This document shows, piece by piece, positions 10,027-19,435 of a stretch of DNA of 64,000 nucleotides. Below the pieces are notes generated by a model, which worked only from the letters and a program-made list of their open reading frames with translations, was not told the origin of the DNA and searched no databases. The position numbers were made by a program, and so were the translations under genes. Source of the DNA: Anaeromyxobacteraceae bacterium (GTDB lineage: Bacteria > Myxococcota > Myxococcia > Myxococcales > Anaeromyxobacteraceae); the NCBI GenBank assembly GCA_047602405.1, contig JASGHJ010000002.1, forward strand, positions 1,312,001-1,376,000, in the 5' to 3' direction. Numbering within the stretch: the stretch's first letter is position 1; each line of letters starts with the position of its first letter.

Positions 10027-12726
10027 ATGCCGACCCTCACGCTCATCGACGGCTCGGGCTTCGTCTACCGGGCGTTCCACGCCTTGCCCGGGCTCACCAC
10101 GACGAAGGGCCTCCACACCAACGCCGTCTACGGCTTCACGACGATGCTGCTGAAGGCGCTGCGCGAGCACGCGCCCACGCACGCCGTGCTGGTGCTCGAC
10201 GCCGGCCGCCGGAGCTTCCGCAACGACATCGACCCCACCTACAAGGCGAACCGCCCCGAGGCGCCGGACGAGCTGCGCGAGCAGTTCCCGCTCGTGCGCG
10301 ACGTGGCGCGGGCGCTCGCCGTGCCGCTCCTCGAGGAGCCCGGCTTCGAGGCGGACGACATCATCGGCACGCTCGCCTGCAGGGGGCGGGAGGCCGGGTT
10401 CGACGTGGTGGTCGTCACCGGCGACAAGGACTTCGCGCAGCTCGTCGACGGCAAGGTCTCGCTCTACGACCCGATGGCCGAGGCGAGCGGGCGCGGCGGC
10501 TGGACGGGGCCGGCGGAGGTGGAGAAGAAGCTCGGCATCCGCCCGGATCAGGTGGTCGAGTACATGGCGATCCTCGGGGACAAGATCGACAACGTCCCCG
10601 GCATCCCCGGCATCGGCGAGGTCACCGCGGCCGCCCTCGTGAAGCACTTCGGGACGGTCGAGGAGATGTTGAAGTGCCCGGAGGAGATCCCGGCGGCGGT
10701 GGCGCGCGGCGGCGAGAAGGTGAAGGCCAAGATCGTCGACAACGCCGGGCGCATCCGCACGAACCGCGCGCTCGTCACCATCAAGTGCGACCTCGAGGTG
10801 CCGTGGGATCCGGCCGCGTTCGCGCGGCGGGCGCCCGATGACGGAAGAGTCCGTGCGCTCTTCACCGAGCTCGAGTTCTCCCGGCTCCTCAAGGACCTGC
10901 CGGCGCCGCCGCCCGCGCCGCGCGCCGAGAAGGCGGAGCTCGTGCTCGACGCCGCCGCGCTCGAGGGCATGGCCGCCGCGCTCGCGGCCGCCCCGGACCT
11001 GGGCGTCCTGCCGGTGCTCGCCGGCGACGCGCCGCGCACCGAGCCGCTGGTCGGCCTCGGGCTCGCGGGCGGGGGCCGCGCCTTCTACGTGCCGCTCTCG
11101 CACCGCTACCTCGGCGCCCCCGCGCAGCCGAAGGCGGACGCCGTCGCGGCCGCGCTCCGGCCGGTGCTCGCCGGGGCGAGGCCGGTGCACGCCCACGGCC
11201 GCAAGGCCGCGCTGCACGCGCTCGCGGGCATGGGCCTCGCCCTGCCGGACGCGGGGCTCGACACCGAGCTCGCGAGCCGGCTCCTCCTGCCGACGCGCCG
11301 GGAGCACGCGCTCGCCGACGTGGCGCGGGAGCGGCTCGGGAACGAGCTGCCGCGCGACCCGAGCGGCTCCGACGCCAACCGGAAGTCGGAGCGGATGGCG
11401 CCGGACGGGATCGAGGTCGAGCGCACCGGCGCCTGGGCCGCGGCGAGCGCCGCCGCGATCGTGGAGCTCGCCGGGGCGCTCGGCCGCGCGCTCGACGAGG
11501 AGGGGGTGGGGCCGCTCTACCGCGACGTCGAGGCGCCGCTCGTCCCGGTGCTCTTCGACATGGAGCGCACCGGGGTGCTCGTCGACCGCTCCGCGATGGC
11601 CGGCATGAGCGAGGAGTTCGGCGCCTCGATGGCGGACCTCGAGACCCGCATCCACGGGCTGGCCGGCCACCCCTTCAACATCGCCTCCACCCGGGAGCTC
11701 GCGCAGGTGCTCTTCGTGGAGCTCGCGCTGCCGGTGCTGAAGCGGCTCAAGACCGGGCCCTCGACGGACCAGGACGTCCTCGAGAAGCTCGCCGAGCAGC
11801 ACGAGCTGCCGCGGCTCGTGCTCGAGCACCGCGCGCTCTCGAAGCTGAAGGGCACGTACGTCGACGCGCTCCCGCAGCTCGTCGATCCGGCCGACGGCCG
11901 GATCCACACCACCTTCCACCAGGCCGGCGCCGCGACCGGCCGGCTCTCCTCGACCGATCCCAACCTGCAGAACATCCCCGTGCGCACCGAGCTGTCGCGC
12001 CGGATCCGGGCCGCCTTCGTGGCGCCGGAGGGCTGGCGGATCCTCTCCGCGGACTACTCGCAGATCGAGCTGCGCATCCTCGCCCACTACTCCGGCGACC
12101 CCGCGCTCGCCGAGGCGTTCCGGAACCGCGAGGACGTGCACACCCGCACCGCCGCCGAGACCTTCGGCGTGCCGCCCGGCGAGGTGACCGCCGACCAGCG
12201 CCGCATCGCGAAGGTGCTCAACTTCGGCATCGCCTACGGCCTGTCGGCCTTCGGCCTCGCCCAGCGCCTCGATCTCCCCGGCTCGACCGCGCAGGGGATC
12301 ATCGACCGGTACTTCGCGCGCTACGCCGGCGTGAAGCGCTACGTCGAGAAGTCGGTCGAGGACGCCCGCGCCGCCGGCGAGTCGCGCACCCTGTTCGGCC
12401 GCGTCCGCGCCATGCCCGACCTCGCCGCCCGCAACCCCGCCCTGCGCAACGCCGCCGAGCGCACCGCGATCAACACGCCCATCCAGGGCACCGCCGCCGA
12501 CATCGTGAAGGTCGCGATGATCAAGGTCCACCGCGCGCTCCGCGAGGAGCGCCGGGCGGCGCGCCTGCTCCTCTCGGTCCACGACGAGCTCGTGCTCGAG
12601 GTGCCGGAGGGGGAGCTGCCGGTGATCGAGGCGCTCGTGCGGCGCGAGATGGCGGGCGCCGCGGAGCTCAGCGTGCCGCTCGACGTCGAGGTCGGCCACG
12701 GGCGGAGCTGGGCGGAGGCGCACTGA
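10027..12726 (+). CDS. polA: DNA polymerase I
   Basis: LIDGS..YRAFHA, EADD, TGRLSS.DPNLQNIP, DYSQIELR, QGTAAD and VHDE motifs. Confidence 0.98.
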   Translation: MPTLTLIDGSGFVYRAFHALPGLTTTKGLHTNAVYGFTTMLLKALREHAPTHAVLVLDAGRRSFRNDIDPTYKANRPEAPDELREQFPLVRDVARALAVPLLEEPGFEADDIIGTLACRGREAGFDVVVVTGDKDFAQLVDGKVSLYDPMAEASGRGGWTGPAEVEKKLGIRPDQVVEYMAILGDKIDNVPGIPGIGEVTAAALVKHFGTVEEMLKCPEEIPAAVARGGEKVKAKIVDNAGRIRTNRALVTIKCDLEVPWDPAAFARRAPDDGRVRALFTELEFSRLLKDLPAPPPAPRAEKAELVLDAAALEGMAAALAAAPDLGVLPVLAGDAPRTEPLVGLGLAGGGRAFYVPLSHRYLGAPAQPKADAVAAALRPVLAGARPVHAHGRKAALHALAGMGLALPDAGLDTELASRLLLPTRREHALADVARERLGNELPRDPSGSDANRKSERMAPDGIEVERTGAWAAASAAAIVELAGALGRALDEEGVGPLYRDVEAPLVPVLFDMERTGVLVDRSAMAGMSEEFGASMADLETRIHGLAGHPFNIASTRELAQVLFVELALPVLKRLKTGPSTDQDVLEKLAEQHELPRLVLEHRALSKLKGTYVDALPQLVDPADGRIHTTFHQAGAATGRLSSTDPNLQNIPVRTELSRRIRAAFVAPEGWRILSADYSQIELRILAHYSGDPALAEAFRNREDVHTRTAAETFGVPPGEVTADQRRIAKVLNFGIAYGLSAFGLAQRLDLPGSTAQGIIDRYFARYAGVKRYVEKSVEDARAAGESRTLFGRVRAMPDLAARNPALRNAAERTAINTPIQGTAADIVKVAMIKVHRALREERRAARLLLSVHDELVLEVPEGELPVIEALVRREMAGAAELSVPLDVEVGHGRSWAEAH

Positions 12727-12907
12727 GGGGAGGGGGCTGAAGGTGGGGCGGGGGAGGGCGCGCGAGGGCGGCTCCGGGAGCAGCCCACCGAAGCGAGCCG
12801 AGCCGCTCCCGGGAATTCAGGTGGTTGCGCTGCCTGGCGAGCACGGAGCCCTCTCGCGCGGAGGCCGGTCGCGCGAGGCCCGCGCGAGCGGCGAGGGATC
12901 CCGCTGT

Positions 12908-13324
12908 TCACCAACTGTAACTTGATTGGGCGGACGTTGCCGCGGGGGAGAAGCCGCGTTCTCGGGCCTCAGTCCGCAGGTCGAGCTGCCAGGAGCCCTC
13001 CTCCCAGCGTTTCAGCGCCTCTCCGGCCGAGAAAGCAGCGAGCCCCTTGCCCCGCGCGAGTTCCTGCAGGACGCGACGAGCCTCGGCGTGCCGATGGCGG
13101 AGCAGGAATGCGGCGGCCATCACTCGGACGTGGGGTCTCGCCGTGAACATGAGGTGAGCCAGCGCATCGCGCCCCGCGTCACCCAGCGCCCGCAGTTCCT
13201 GGAAAGCTCGGAGGGCGAGCTGCGCGTGCTGGCTGCCGGTCTTCGCGTCGCCCTTCCAGATGGCGTCGGTCTGGGCCGCGACGTTGTCGGCGAAGCTCCT
13301 GACGAGCGTTTCGATCGGCCTCAT
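12908..13324 (-). CDS. DUF2019-like protein (putative toxin-immunity type)
   Basis: F...VAAQTDAIW.GD...G; GRDALA.L...P.VRV.AA.FLL; ALKRWEEG.WQLD. Confidence 0.7.
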   Translation of the reverse strand: MRPIETLVRSFADNVAAQTDAIWKGDAKTGSQHAQLALRAFQELRALGDAGRDALAHLMFTARPHVRVMAAAFLLRHRHAEARRVLQELARGKGLAAFSAGEALKRWEEGSWQLDLRTEARERGFSPAATSAQSSYSW

Positions 13325-14040
13325 GGGTCAGCGTCCGCGGCAGGCGCGTGGAGGGACGTATCTGACCGAGGGTGCGGACGGAAGCTCGAGCGGCCCCTTC
13401 GGCCCGCCGCTGCCCAGGGCTCGCAGCGGGTCAGCAACCACGTGCGTGGGGAGGAGACCGCGAAAGGCCGGCCGTCCGGCGCGAGCGCGGCGGCCGTCGA
13501 GAAGCGGTCGGCGTCCGCCTCCTGGACGGGCTCTCCCCGCCGCGAGGCGTGCGAGGCGAAGTTGTCGAGTACGTAGCGGAGCGCGTTCCGGACCTCGGCT
13601 GGGGTCCGGAGCAGGTGTGCGTGGTAGCGGTCCGCGAACACCTGGCCGCGGCGCTCCATCAGCGCGTTGAGCCCCTTCGCGAGACGGCCGGCGAGGGCGC
13701 GCATGCCCTGTGCGAGGGCTCCGGCGTCGGCGGCCTCCACGATGACGTGCAGATGGTTGCCCTGGACCGACAGGTGGATCACGCGGAAGTCCTCGCGGCT
13801 CCTGACGCCCTCGAGCGCAGCGGCGATCACCCGCCACGAACGCAGGCTGCGGAGGTTCCAGACGTGCTCGCGGACGCGGAGGGTCACGTGGACGGGGGTC
13901 CATCTGCCGAATCGGAGCGTGCGCCGATGGGAGACCCCGGGGCGTTCTCCGGAAGCCTTCCGCCCGGCGCCCGCCCGCTCCCCGCCCCAGCCGTTCACGG
14001 GCGGCAGGTCGAATGCGAGCTGCGGAGGGCGGGCGGACAC
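13321..14040 (-). CDS. REP-associated tyrosine transposase-like protein (Y1/HUH)
   Basis: PVHVTLR, SVQGNHLHVIVEA (HUH), GQVFADRYH and ALRYVLDN (catalytic Tyr). Confidence 0.85.
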   Translation of the reverse strand: MSARPPQLAFDLPPVNGWGGERAGAGRKASGERPGVSHRRTLRFGRWTPVHVTLRVREHVWNLRSLRSWRVIAAALEGVRSREDFRVIHLSVQGNHLHVIVEAADAGALAQGMRALAGRLAKGLNALMERRGQVFADRYHAHLLRTPAEVRNALRYVLDNFASHASRRGEPVQEADADRFSTAAALAPDGRPFAVSSPRTWLLTRCEPWAAAGRRGRSSFRPHPRSDTSLHAPAADADP

Positions 14041-14135
14041 GCACGGATTGTCTCACCCGGGCCTGACAACGTCCGCCCAATCAAGTCACTCAAGGTGAAC
14101 GTCGACCGTCCCGGGCGGGCCGGCCGACCCGAGGC

Positions 14136-14218
14136 CATCCTTCGACTTCGGGGTGCGCGGGCTGTCCAGGCGCCTCCGGACAGCCCGGGGCGGCGCGCCC
14201 CTACGCTCAGGATGAACG
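14136..14218 (-). repeat. REP-like palindrome
   Basis: Minus strand CGTTCATCCTGAGCGTAGGGG...CCCCGAAGTCGAAGGATG with inner hairpin GGGCTGTCC..GGACAGCCC; resembles CGTC-type REP architecture. Confidence 0.6.
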
Positions 14219-14260
14219 GCCAGGTGGGTGCTGCGGTACCGCCGCCATTGCTCCGCCCCG

Positions 14261-14332
14261 CTACTCCGCCTTCTTCGACCTCGCGGACGCGGCGAGCGGG
14301 ACCGGCTCCTCGCGCGGCTCGCGGAAGGCCTC
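14261..14332 (-). repeat. Displaced duplicate of the divIVA 3' end (att-like direct repeat of 19436-19507)
   Basis: 72 nt, 66/72 identical to 19436-19507; both encode EAFREPREEPVPLAASARSKKAE-stop. Confidence 0.92.
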
Positions 14333-14344
14333 CTCCCTCTCCCC

Positions 14345-17176
14345 CTACGGCACCCCCACCGGCGACGGTCGCAGTGCCCCGCCGTCGCCGAGCTGGGAGG
14401 CCGAGTCGTCGCCCCAGGCCCACAGGGTTCCGTCGCGCCTCACCGCGAGGGTGTGCCTGCCGCCGGCGCTCACCGCGGCCCACGTGGCGTCCGTCCCGAT
14501 CTGGACGGGGGCCCTGCGCTCGGCGACGGTGCCGTCGCCGAGCTGGCCCGACGAGTTGTCGCCCCAGGCCCACAGGGTGCCGTTCGCCTTCAGCGCCACG
14601 GTGTGGCTCCACCCGGTCGACACGCCGACCCAGTCCGCGTCGGCGCCGACCTGCGCGGGGACCGTCCGCCCGGTGCGGGTGCCGTCACCGAGCTGGCCGC
14701 TGCCGTTGTAGCCCCAGGCCCAGAGCGAGCCGTCGGCGCGGAGCGCGAGCGTGTGCTTGTTCCCGGCCCACGCGGCGGCCCAGCCCGCGCCGGCGGGGAC
14801 CTGGACCGGCGCGGTGCGGGGGGCCGTCGTGCCGTCGCCGAGCTGGCCGTGCCCGTTCGCCCCGAAGGCCCAGAGCGTGCCGTCGCCCTTCACCGCGACG
14901 GTGTGCTGGTCGCCGGCGGAGGCGGACGCCCAGCTGTCCCCGGCGACCGGGCCCGGCGCCGCGCGCCGCGCGACGGCGGGGTCGCCGAGCTGTCCGGAGG
15001 CGCCGTCGCCCCAGGTCCAGAGCGTCCCGTCCGACCGGACGCCGGCGGTGTGCGCGGTGCCCGCGGACACGGCGAGCCAGGGCCCCGCGTCGATCGTGGC
15101 CGGCCCGAGCTGGAGCTCCCAGCCACCGGTGCCCACCTGGCCGAGGGCGTTCGCTCCCCAGCCGCGGAGCGCGCCGCCTCCGGTGAGCGCCGCGGAGTGG
15201 AGGCTGCCCGCGGAGACCGCGCCCCAGTCGCGCTGGTCCCCGACCTGGGCCGGCGTCCGGTGCGTCGGCAGGGGACCGAGCCCGAGCTGCCCCCGCGCGT
15301 GGTCGCCCCAGGCGTGCAGCGTGCCGTCGCGGGCCAGGCCGAGGGAGTGGAGGCCGCCGAGCGCCACGGCCGCGGCGGGCGCGCCGCCGACGAGCGTCGG
15401 TGTCGCGAGGTCCGCAGTGCCGCCCACGCCGAGCTGCCCGGAGCCGCCCGCGCCCCAGGTGAAGAGCGAGCCGTCCGCCTTGCCCGCCGCCGAGTGCGTC
15501 GCGCCCGCGGCGACAGTCGCCCAGGGGCCACCGGGGACGGACACGGGCCGCGTCCGATCGAGCGAGGACCCGTCGCCGAGCTGGCCGTTGCCGTTCCAGC
15601 CCCACGCCCAGAGCGAGCCGTCGGCGGCGAGCGCGAGCGTGTGGAACCCGCCCGCTGCGACGGCGACGAAGCGCGTGCCGGTCGCCCTCTGGACCGGCGC
15701 GCTCCGGTCGTCGAAGCTCGCGTCTCCGACCTGGCCGTAGAAGTTGAAGCCCCAGACCCAGAGCGAGCCGTCGGCCCTCAGCGCCGCGGAGTGCCCGTCC
15801 CCGGCGGAGACGGCGGTCCAGCTCGCGTCGGTCCCGATCCGGACCGGCGTGCTCCGCGCGGCGGTGCTGCCGTCGCCGAGCTGTCCCGACTCGTTCGCGC
15901 CCCAGGCCCACAGCGTGCCGTCGGCCTTCAGCGCGAGCGAGTGGGAGCCGCCGGCCGCGACCGCGGCCCACTCCCCGGCGGCCCCGACCCGCACCGGTGC
16001 CGGCCGCTCCACCGCGGCCCCGTCCCCGAGCTGGCCCGCGACCCCCTCGCCGAAGGCGAGGAGAGAGCCGTCCGCCCGCAGCGCGAGCGTGTGCGCCCGG
16101 CCCGCGGACACGTGCGACCAGCCGTTCGAGGTCCCCACCTGCCGGGGCGCGTCGGCGCGCGCGGTCGCGCCGAGGCCGAGCTGGCCGCTCGCGCCGTCTC
16201 CCCAGGTCCACAGGGTCCCGTCCGGCCGGATCCCGGCGGAGTGCCGCGCTCCCGCGGCGACCTCGAGCCAGGCGCCGCGGCAGTTCACCACGACGTCCTC
16301 GACGCCTCCGGCGGGCACGAGGCCGGCGCCGGCGGCCACCTCGCACCGCTGGGCGGGCTGCTCCGGCTGCGCGACGACGGTCACCGCGAAGGCCGCGCCC
16401 ACGTCCCGCCCCAGGGCGAACGCGAAGGTCGTCGCTCCCGCGGCGACGGCGAGGTCGGGCAGGCCAGGACAGGCGAGCACGAGCCCGCTCCCGGCGAGGC
16501 CGACCACCGTCCCGCCCACGGTCGCGGTCTCGGGCGGGAGGAACTCGACCGAGGTCCTCGCGACGACCTCGCCGCCCACCTCCGCGCTGACCTCCTGCGT
16601 CCCGGCCACCGGGGACGTGATCCGCGCCGAGGCCTCGCCGGCCGCGTCGGTAGCGCCCGAGGGCGGATTGAGCGTGGCCCCGCCGGAGGCCGCGAACGTC
16701 ACGCGGGTGCCGGGGGCGACGGGGGCGCCACCGGCGTCGAGGACCGTCGCGACGAGCAGCGCCCCCGCGCCGCCCGTCCGCGCCACGCCGGGGATCGCCG
16801 CCAGCACGGAGGTGAGCGGGGAGGGGGCGCCGTGGGCCGGGAGGACCTCGACGTCGACCTCGCGGGAGGCGGACCCGGCGGCGTTGCTCGCGGTGAGCGT
16901 GTAGCGGGTGGTGACGGCGGGGCGCACCACGGTTCCGGCGCCGGAGACGGCGCCGGGCCCGGGCGCGATCGTGACCACGTCGGCCCCGCGCACCGACCAC
17001 GCGAGCGCGGCGGCCTCGCCGGCGCGGATCAGCGCGGGCGTGGCCCTGAACGCCTCGATGACGGGCGGAGCCCCGGGCTCCTGCCCGCCGCCGCCGCAGG
17101 CGGCGAGCCACAGCGCGAGCCCCGCGATCCCGAGCGCCGCCCGGGCCGGGGAGGCGATCGCCGTCCGCGCGCGCAC
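14345..17176 (-). CDS. RCC1-repeat lipoprotein with Ig-like domains
   Basis: GTG start, lipobox LAAC, Big_1-like segment (ATDAAGEASARITS), 13 GxLW.WG.N..GQLG repeats. Confidence 0.9.
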   Translation of the reverse strand: MRARTAIASPARAALGIAGLALWLAACGGGGQEPGAPPVIEAFRATPALIRAGEAAALAWSVRGADVVTIAPGPGAVSGAGTVVRPAVTTRYTLTASNAAGSASREVDVEVLPAHGAPSPLTSVLAAIPGVARTGGAGALLVATVLDAGGAPVAPGTRVTFAASGGATLNPPSGATDAAGEASARITSPVAGTQEVSAEVGGEVVARTSVEFLPPETATVGGTVVGLAGSGLVLACPGLPDLAVAAGATTFAFALGRDVGAAFAVTVVAQPEQPAQRCEVAAGAGLVPAGGVEDVVVNCRGAWLEVAAGARHSAGIRPDGTLWTWGDGASGQLGLGATARADAPRQVGTSNGWSHVSAGRAHTLALRADGSLLAFGEGVAGQLGDGAAVERPAPVRVGAAGEWAAVAAGGSHSLALKADGTLWAWGANESGQLGDGSTAARSTPVRIGTDASWTAVSAGDGHSAALRADGSLWVWGFNFYGQVGDASFDDRSAPVQRATGTRFVAVAAGGFHTLALAADGSLWAWGWNGNGQLGDGSSLDRTRPVSVPGGPWATVAAGATHSAAGKADGSLFTWGAGGSGQLGVGGTADLATPTLVGGAPAAAVALGGLHSLGLARDGTLHAWGDHARGQLGLGPLPTHRTPAQVGDQRDWGAVSAGSLHSAALTGGGALRGWGANALGQVGTGGWELQLGPATIDAGPWLAVSAGTAHTAGVRSDGTLWTWGDGASGQLGDPAVARRAAPGPVAGDSWASASAGDQHTVAVKGDGTLWAFGANGHGQLGDGTTAPRTAPVQVPAGAGWAAAWAGNKHTLALRADGSLWAWGYNGSGQLGDGTRTGRTVPAQVGADADWVGVSTGWSHTVALKANGTLWAWGDNSSGQLGDGTVAERRAPVQIGTDATWAAVSAGGRHTLAVRRDGTLWAWGDDSASQLGDGGALRPSPVGVP

Positions 17177-17184
17177 GCCCCCGC

Positions 17185-19203
17185 CTAGTGGCAGCCGAAG
17201 CAGGCCGACCGGAACACCGGCCGCACGTCGAGGGACCCGTTCCGGTGGAGCGTCGCGCAGGGTGTGCGGCCGCCCGGGTCGCAGGTCGTGGCCGTGCTCA
17301 GGGTCGTGTCGAGGCTCGGGCCGGTGGGCGTCTCGATGCCGAGCGCGTCCGGGTGGCAGAGCTGGCAGCGGTTCCCGCCCGCCGCCCCGTGCCAGCCGCT
17401 GTGCCAGGTGTAGCGTCCGCCGCCCGGCGCGGTGAGGTCGTGGCAGGCCGTGCAGCCGCCGGAGGGCGGCGCGTACCAGGACGGCGTCGTGGCCCCGCCG
17501 CCGTAGGCGGCCGTGGCGAGCACCGGCTCGCCGTCGCCGCCCGGGAAGGCGTAGGTGTACTCGCCGGGCGGGACGGAGTGGCAGGCGACGTTCGAGCAGG
17601 TCTTCGCGATGGGATCGAACGTCGGCGCCGGCAGCGAGGCGCCGGTCGCGGGGCCGGCGGGGTCGAACCCGACCACGCCGATGACGGCGACGTGGCAGGC
17701 GGCGCAGCCGATGTTCCGGGCGAGGTGGAGCGGGTGGGCGCCCGCGGGCAGCGCGGCCACGGTGTGCGGGTCGTGGCAGCCGGTGCACCCGCCCGTCGCG
17801 TCGACGGAGAAGGGGTGACCGGTCACGACCCCGGCCTGGACGTGGCAGCCGACGCAGCTCGCGGCACCCGAGCGCGCCGCGTGGGCGTCGCCGTGGCAGC
17901 CCGCGCAGTTGCCGGGGGTGCCGGGGCCGGACGCGTGGACGGACGCGGCGAAGTCGCTGACGATCTGCGGGGCCGTGGCGTGGCAGCCCGCGCAGAAGCT
18001 CGAGCCGACCGGGTTGCCGCGGGTGGCGAACTTCCAGGTGAAGTCGGTGCTGCTGACGGTGCCGGCCGAGACGTCCCCCGGGTGTCCACCCGCGTTGGCG
18101 CCGACGTGGCACGCGAAGCACATGACGTAGCGGGCCGCGTGGTCGGAGGCGGACCAGTTCGCGAAGACCTGGGTGCTCGCCCCGACGCCGACCGCGGAGT
18201 GACAGCTCTCGCACTGGGTCTGGGCGACGCCCGCCGGGTTCGAGGTCACGATCACGGTGGTGTTGGAGAACGAGCCGCCCGGCTGGACGGTCAGCGTGAA
18301 GGTGTAGGTGCCCTCCGTCGCAGGCGCGACGAAGGTGGTCGCCGCGGCGCCCGGCGGATACAGCGCGACCGGCGCCGGGGTCGAGTTGACCTGCGCCCAG
18401 GCGTAGGAGCTCACGGGCGGCGTCGTCGCGAGGGTGCCGCTGCCGTCCAGGGTGACGAGGGCGCCCGGCCGGACCACCTGGCCGGCGCCGGCCTGCGCGG
18501 TCGGATTGCCCGCGAAGCTCGCGAGCACCTGGATGTCGGAGGTCTGGACGGCGGCGGTCACCTTCACGCTGGCGTTCGCGGCCCAGGGGCCCGTGCATGC
18601 GACGCCGTTGCAGGTGAAGACGGTGGAGCCCGTGACCTGGATGGCCGTGACCTTCCAGCCCGAGATCGGCTGGAACGTCACGGAGGCGGAGTTCCCGTAG
18701 TAGTAGAACGAGGCCGGGGCAGCCGAGACGGAGCCGCCCGGCCCCGCGGTCGGGGTGAGCTTGTACTGCACGGGGGTGAAGCTCGCGGTGATGGCGACCG
18801 TGGCGTTCGCCACCGTGGCCGCCGGGGCAGACCCCGACCACGTCGCGCCGCCCGAGGCGACCGTGACGTTGTTCACCTTCACGTACGAGATCACGTAGCC
18901 GGCGTTCGCGGTCACGGAGACCGGGATCGTGTCGAGGTTGAAGCCGCTCCTCGTCACCGTGCCGCTCGTGCTGGTCTGCCCGGTCATGACAGGCGTCGTC
19001 ATCGAGCCGCCACCGGACATCGCGCGCGCAGAGATCCAGTACGTGTAGCTCGTGACCGCCCCGGAGCTCTGGCCCTGGCCACCCGGCCGGGTGTCGCCCA
19101 CGTCGCAGCCCGCCAGCGCGGCCGCGAGCGCCAGGGTCGCGACGACCCCTGCGCTCCGGCGTCCACTCCGGACGCGGCGAAGACCTCTCGGCTCGATCAT
19201 CAT
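17185..19203 (-). CDS. Multiheme c-type cytochrome lipoprotein (CxxxxCH/CxxCH type)
   Basis: Lipobox LAGC; 10 CxxCH plus one CxxxxCH (CSNVACH); N-terminal beta-rich and PKD-like domains. Confidence 0.9.
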   Translation of the reverse strand: MMIEPRGLRRVRSGRRSAGVVATLALAAALAGCDVGDTRPGGQGQSSGAVTSYTYWISARAMSGGGSMTTPVMTGQTSTSGTVTRSGFNLDTIPVSVTANAGYVISYVKVNNVTVASGGATWSGSAPAATVANATVAITASFTPVQYKLTPTAGPGGSVSAAPASFYYYGNSASVTFQPISGWKVTAIQVTGSTVFTCNGVACTGPWAANASVKVTAAVQTSDIQVLASFAGNPTAQAGAGQVVRPGALVTLDGSGTLATTPPVSSYAWAQVNSTPAPVALYPPGAAATTFVAPATEGTYTFTLTVQPGGSFSNTTVIVTSNPAGVAQTQCESCHSAVGVGASTQVFANWSASDHAARYVMCFACHVGANAGGHPGDVSAGTVSSTDFTWKFATRGNPVGSSFCAGCHATAPQIVSDFAASVHASGPGTPGNCAGCHGDAHAARSGAASCVGCHVQAGVVTGHPFSVDATGGCTGCHDPHTVAALPAGAHPLHLARNIGCAACHVAVIGVVGFDPAGPATGASLPAPTFDPIAKTCSNVACHSVPPGEYTYAFPGGDGEPVLATAAYGGGATTPSWYAPPSGGCTACHDLTAPGGGRYTWHSGWHGAAGGNRCQLCHPDALGIETPTGPSLDTTLSTATTCDPGGRTPCATLHRNGSLDVRPVFRSACFGCH

Positions 19204-19435
19204 CCCCCCCTGCACCGCAGGTCGACCCACACCTGCCAGCGCCGGACCAACGGGGGAGGCGCGGATCGCGGGCGATCCGGAGGGCTGGCCGGGCAGCGCT
19301 GGGGCATAAGCCCCAGCGGGCCGGCCGGTGGGGCATATCACGCACCCACAGTTCACTGACCGTGAGTCAGACGGCGGGTGTCAGGAACGGACGGTGATTC
19401 ACGTGCGGTGATGGGTCCCGGGCGGCGCCGGGGCG

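Larger units (their letters stand above)
12906..14100. mobile_element. Terminal-inverted-repeat-bounded element carrying a Y1 (RAYT-like) transposase and a DUF2019 gene
   Basis: 12906-12939 and 14067-14100 are 34-bp inverted repeats (29/34, perfect 20-bp inner core ACTTGATTGGGCGGACGTTG) enclosing exactly two overlapping ORFs. Confidence 0.7.

Noticed and set aside
12760..12850. Imperfect hairpins downstream of polA
   Set aside because: Plausible by chance at this GC content; no second copy or covariation.
14070..14100. Xer/dif-like site in the TIR
   Set aside because: Only partial arm similarity, a 9-nt spacer, and the putative XerD arm differs between the two copies.
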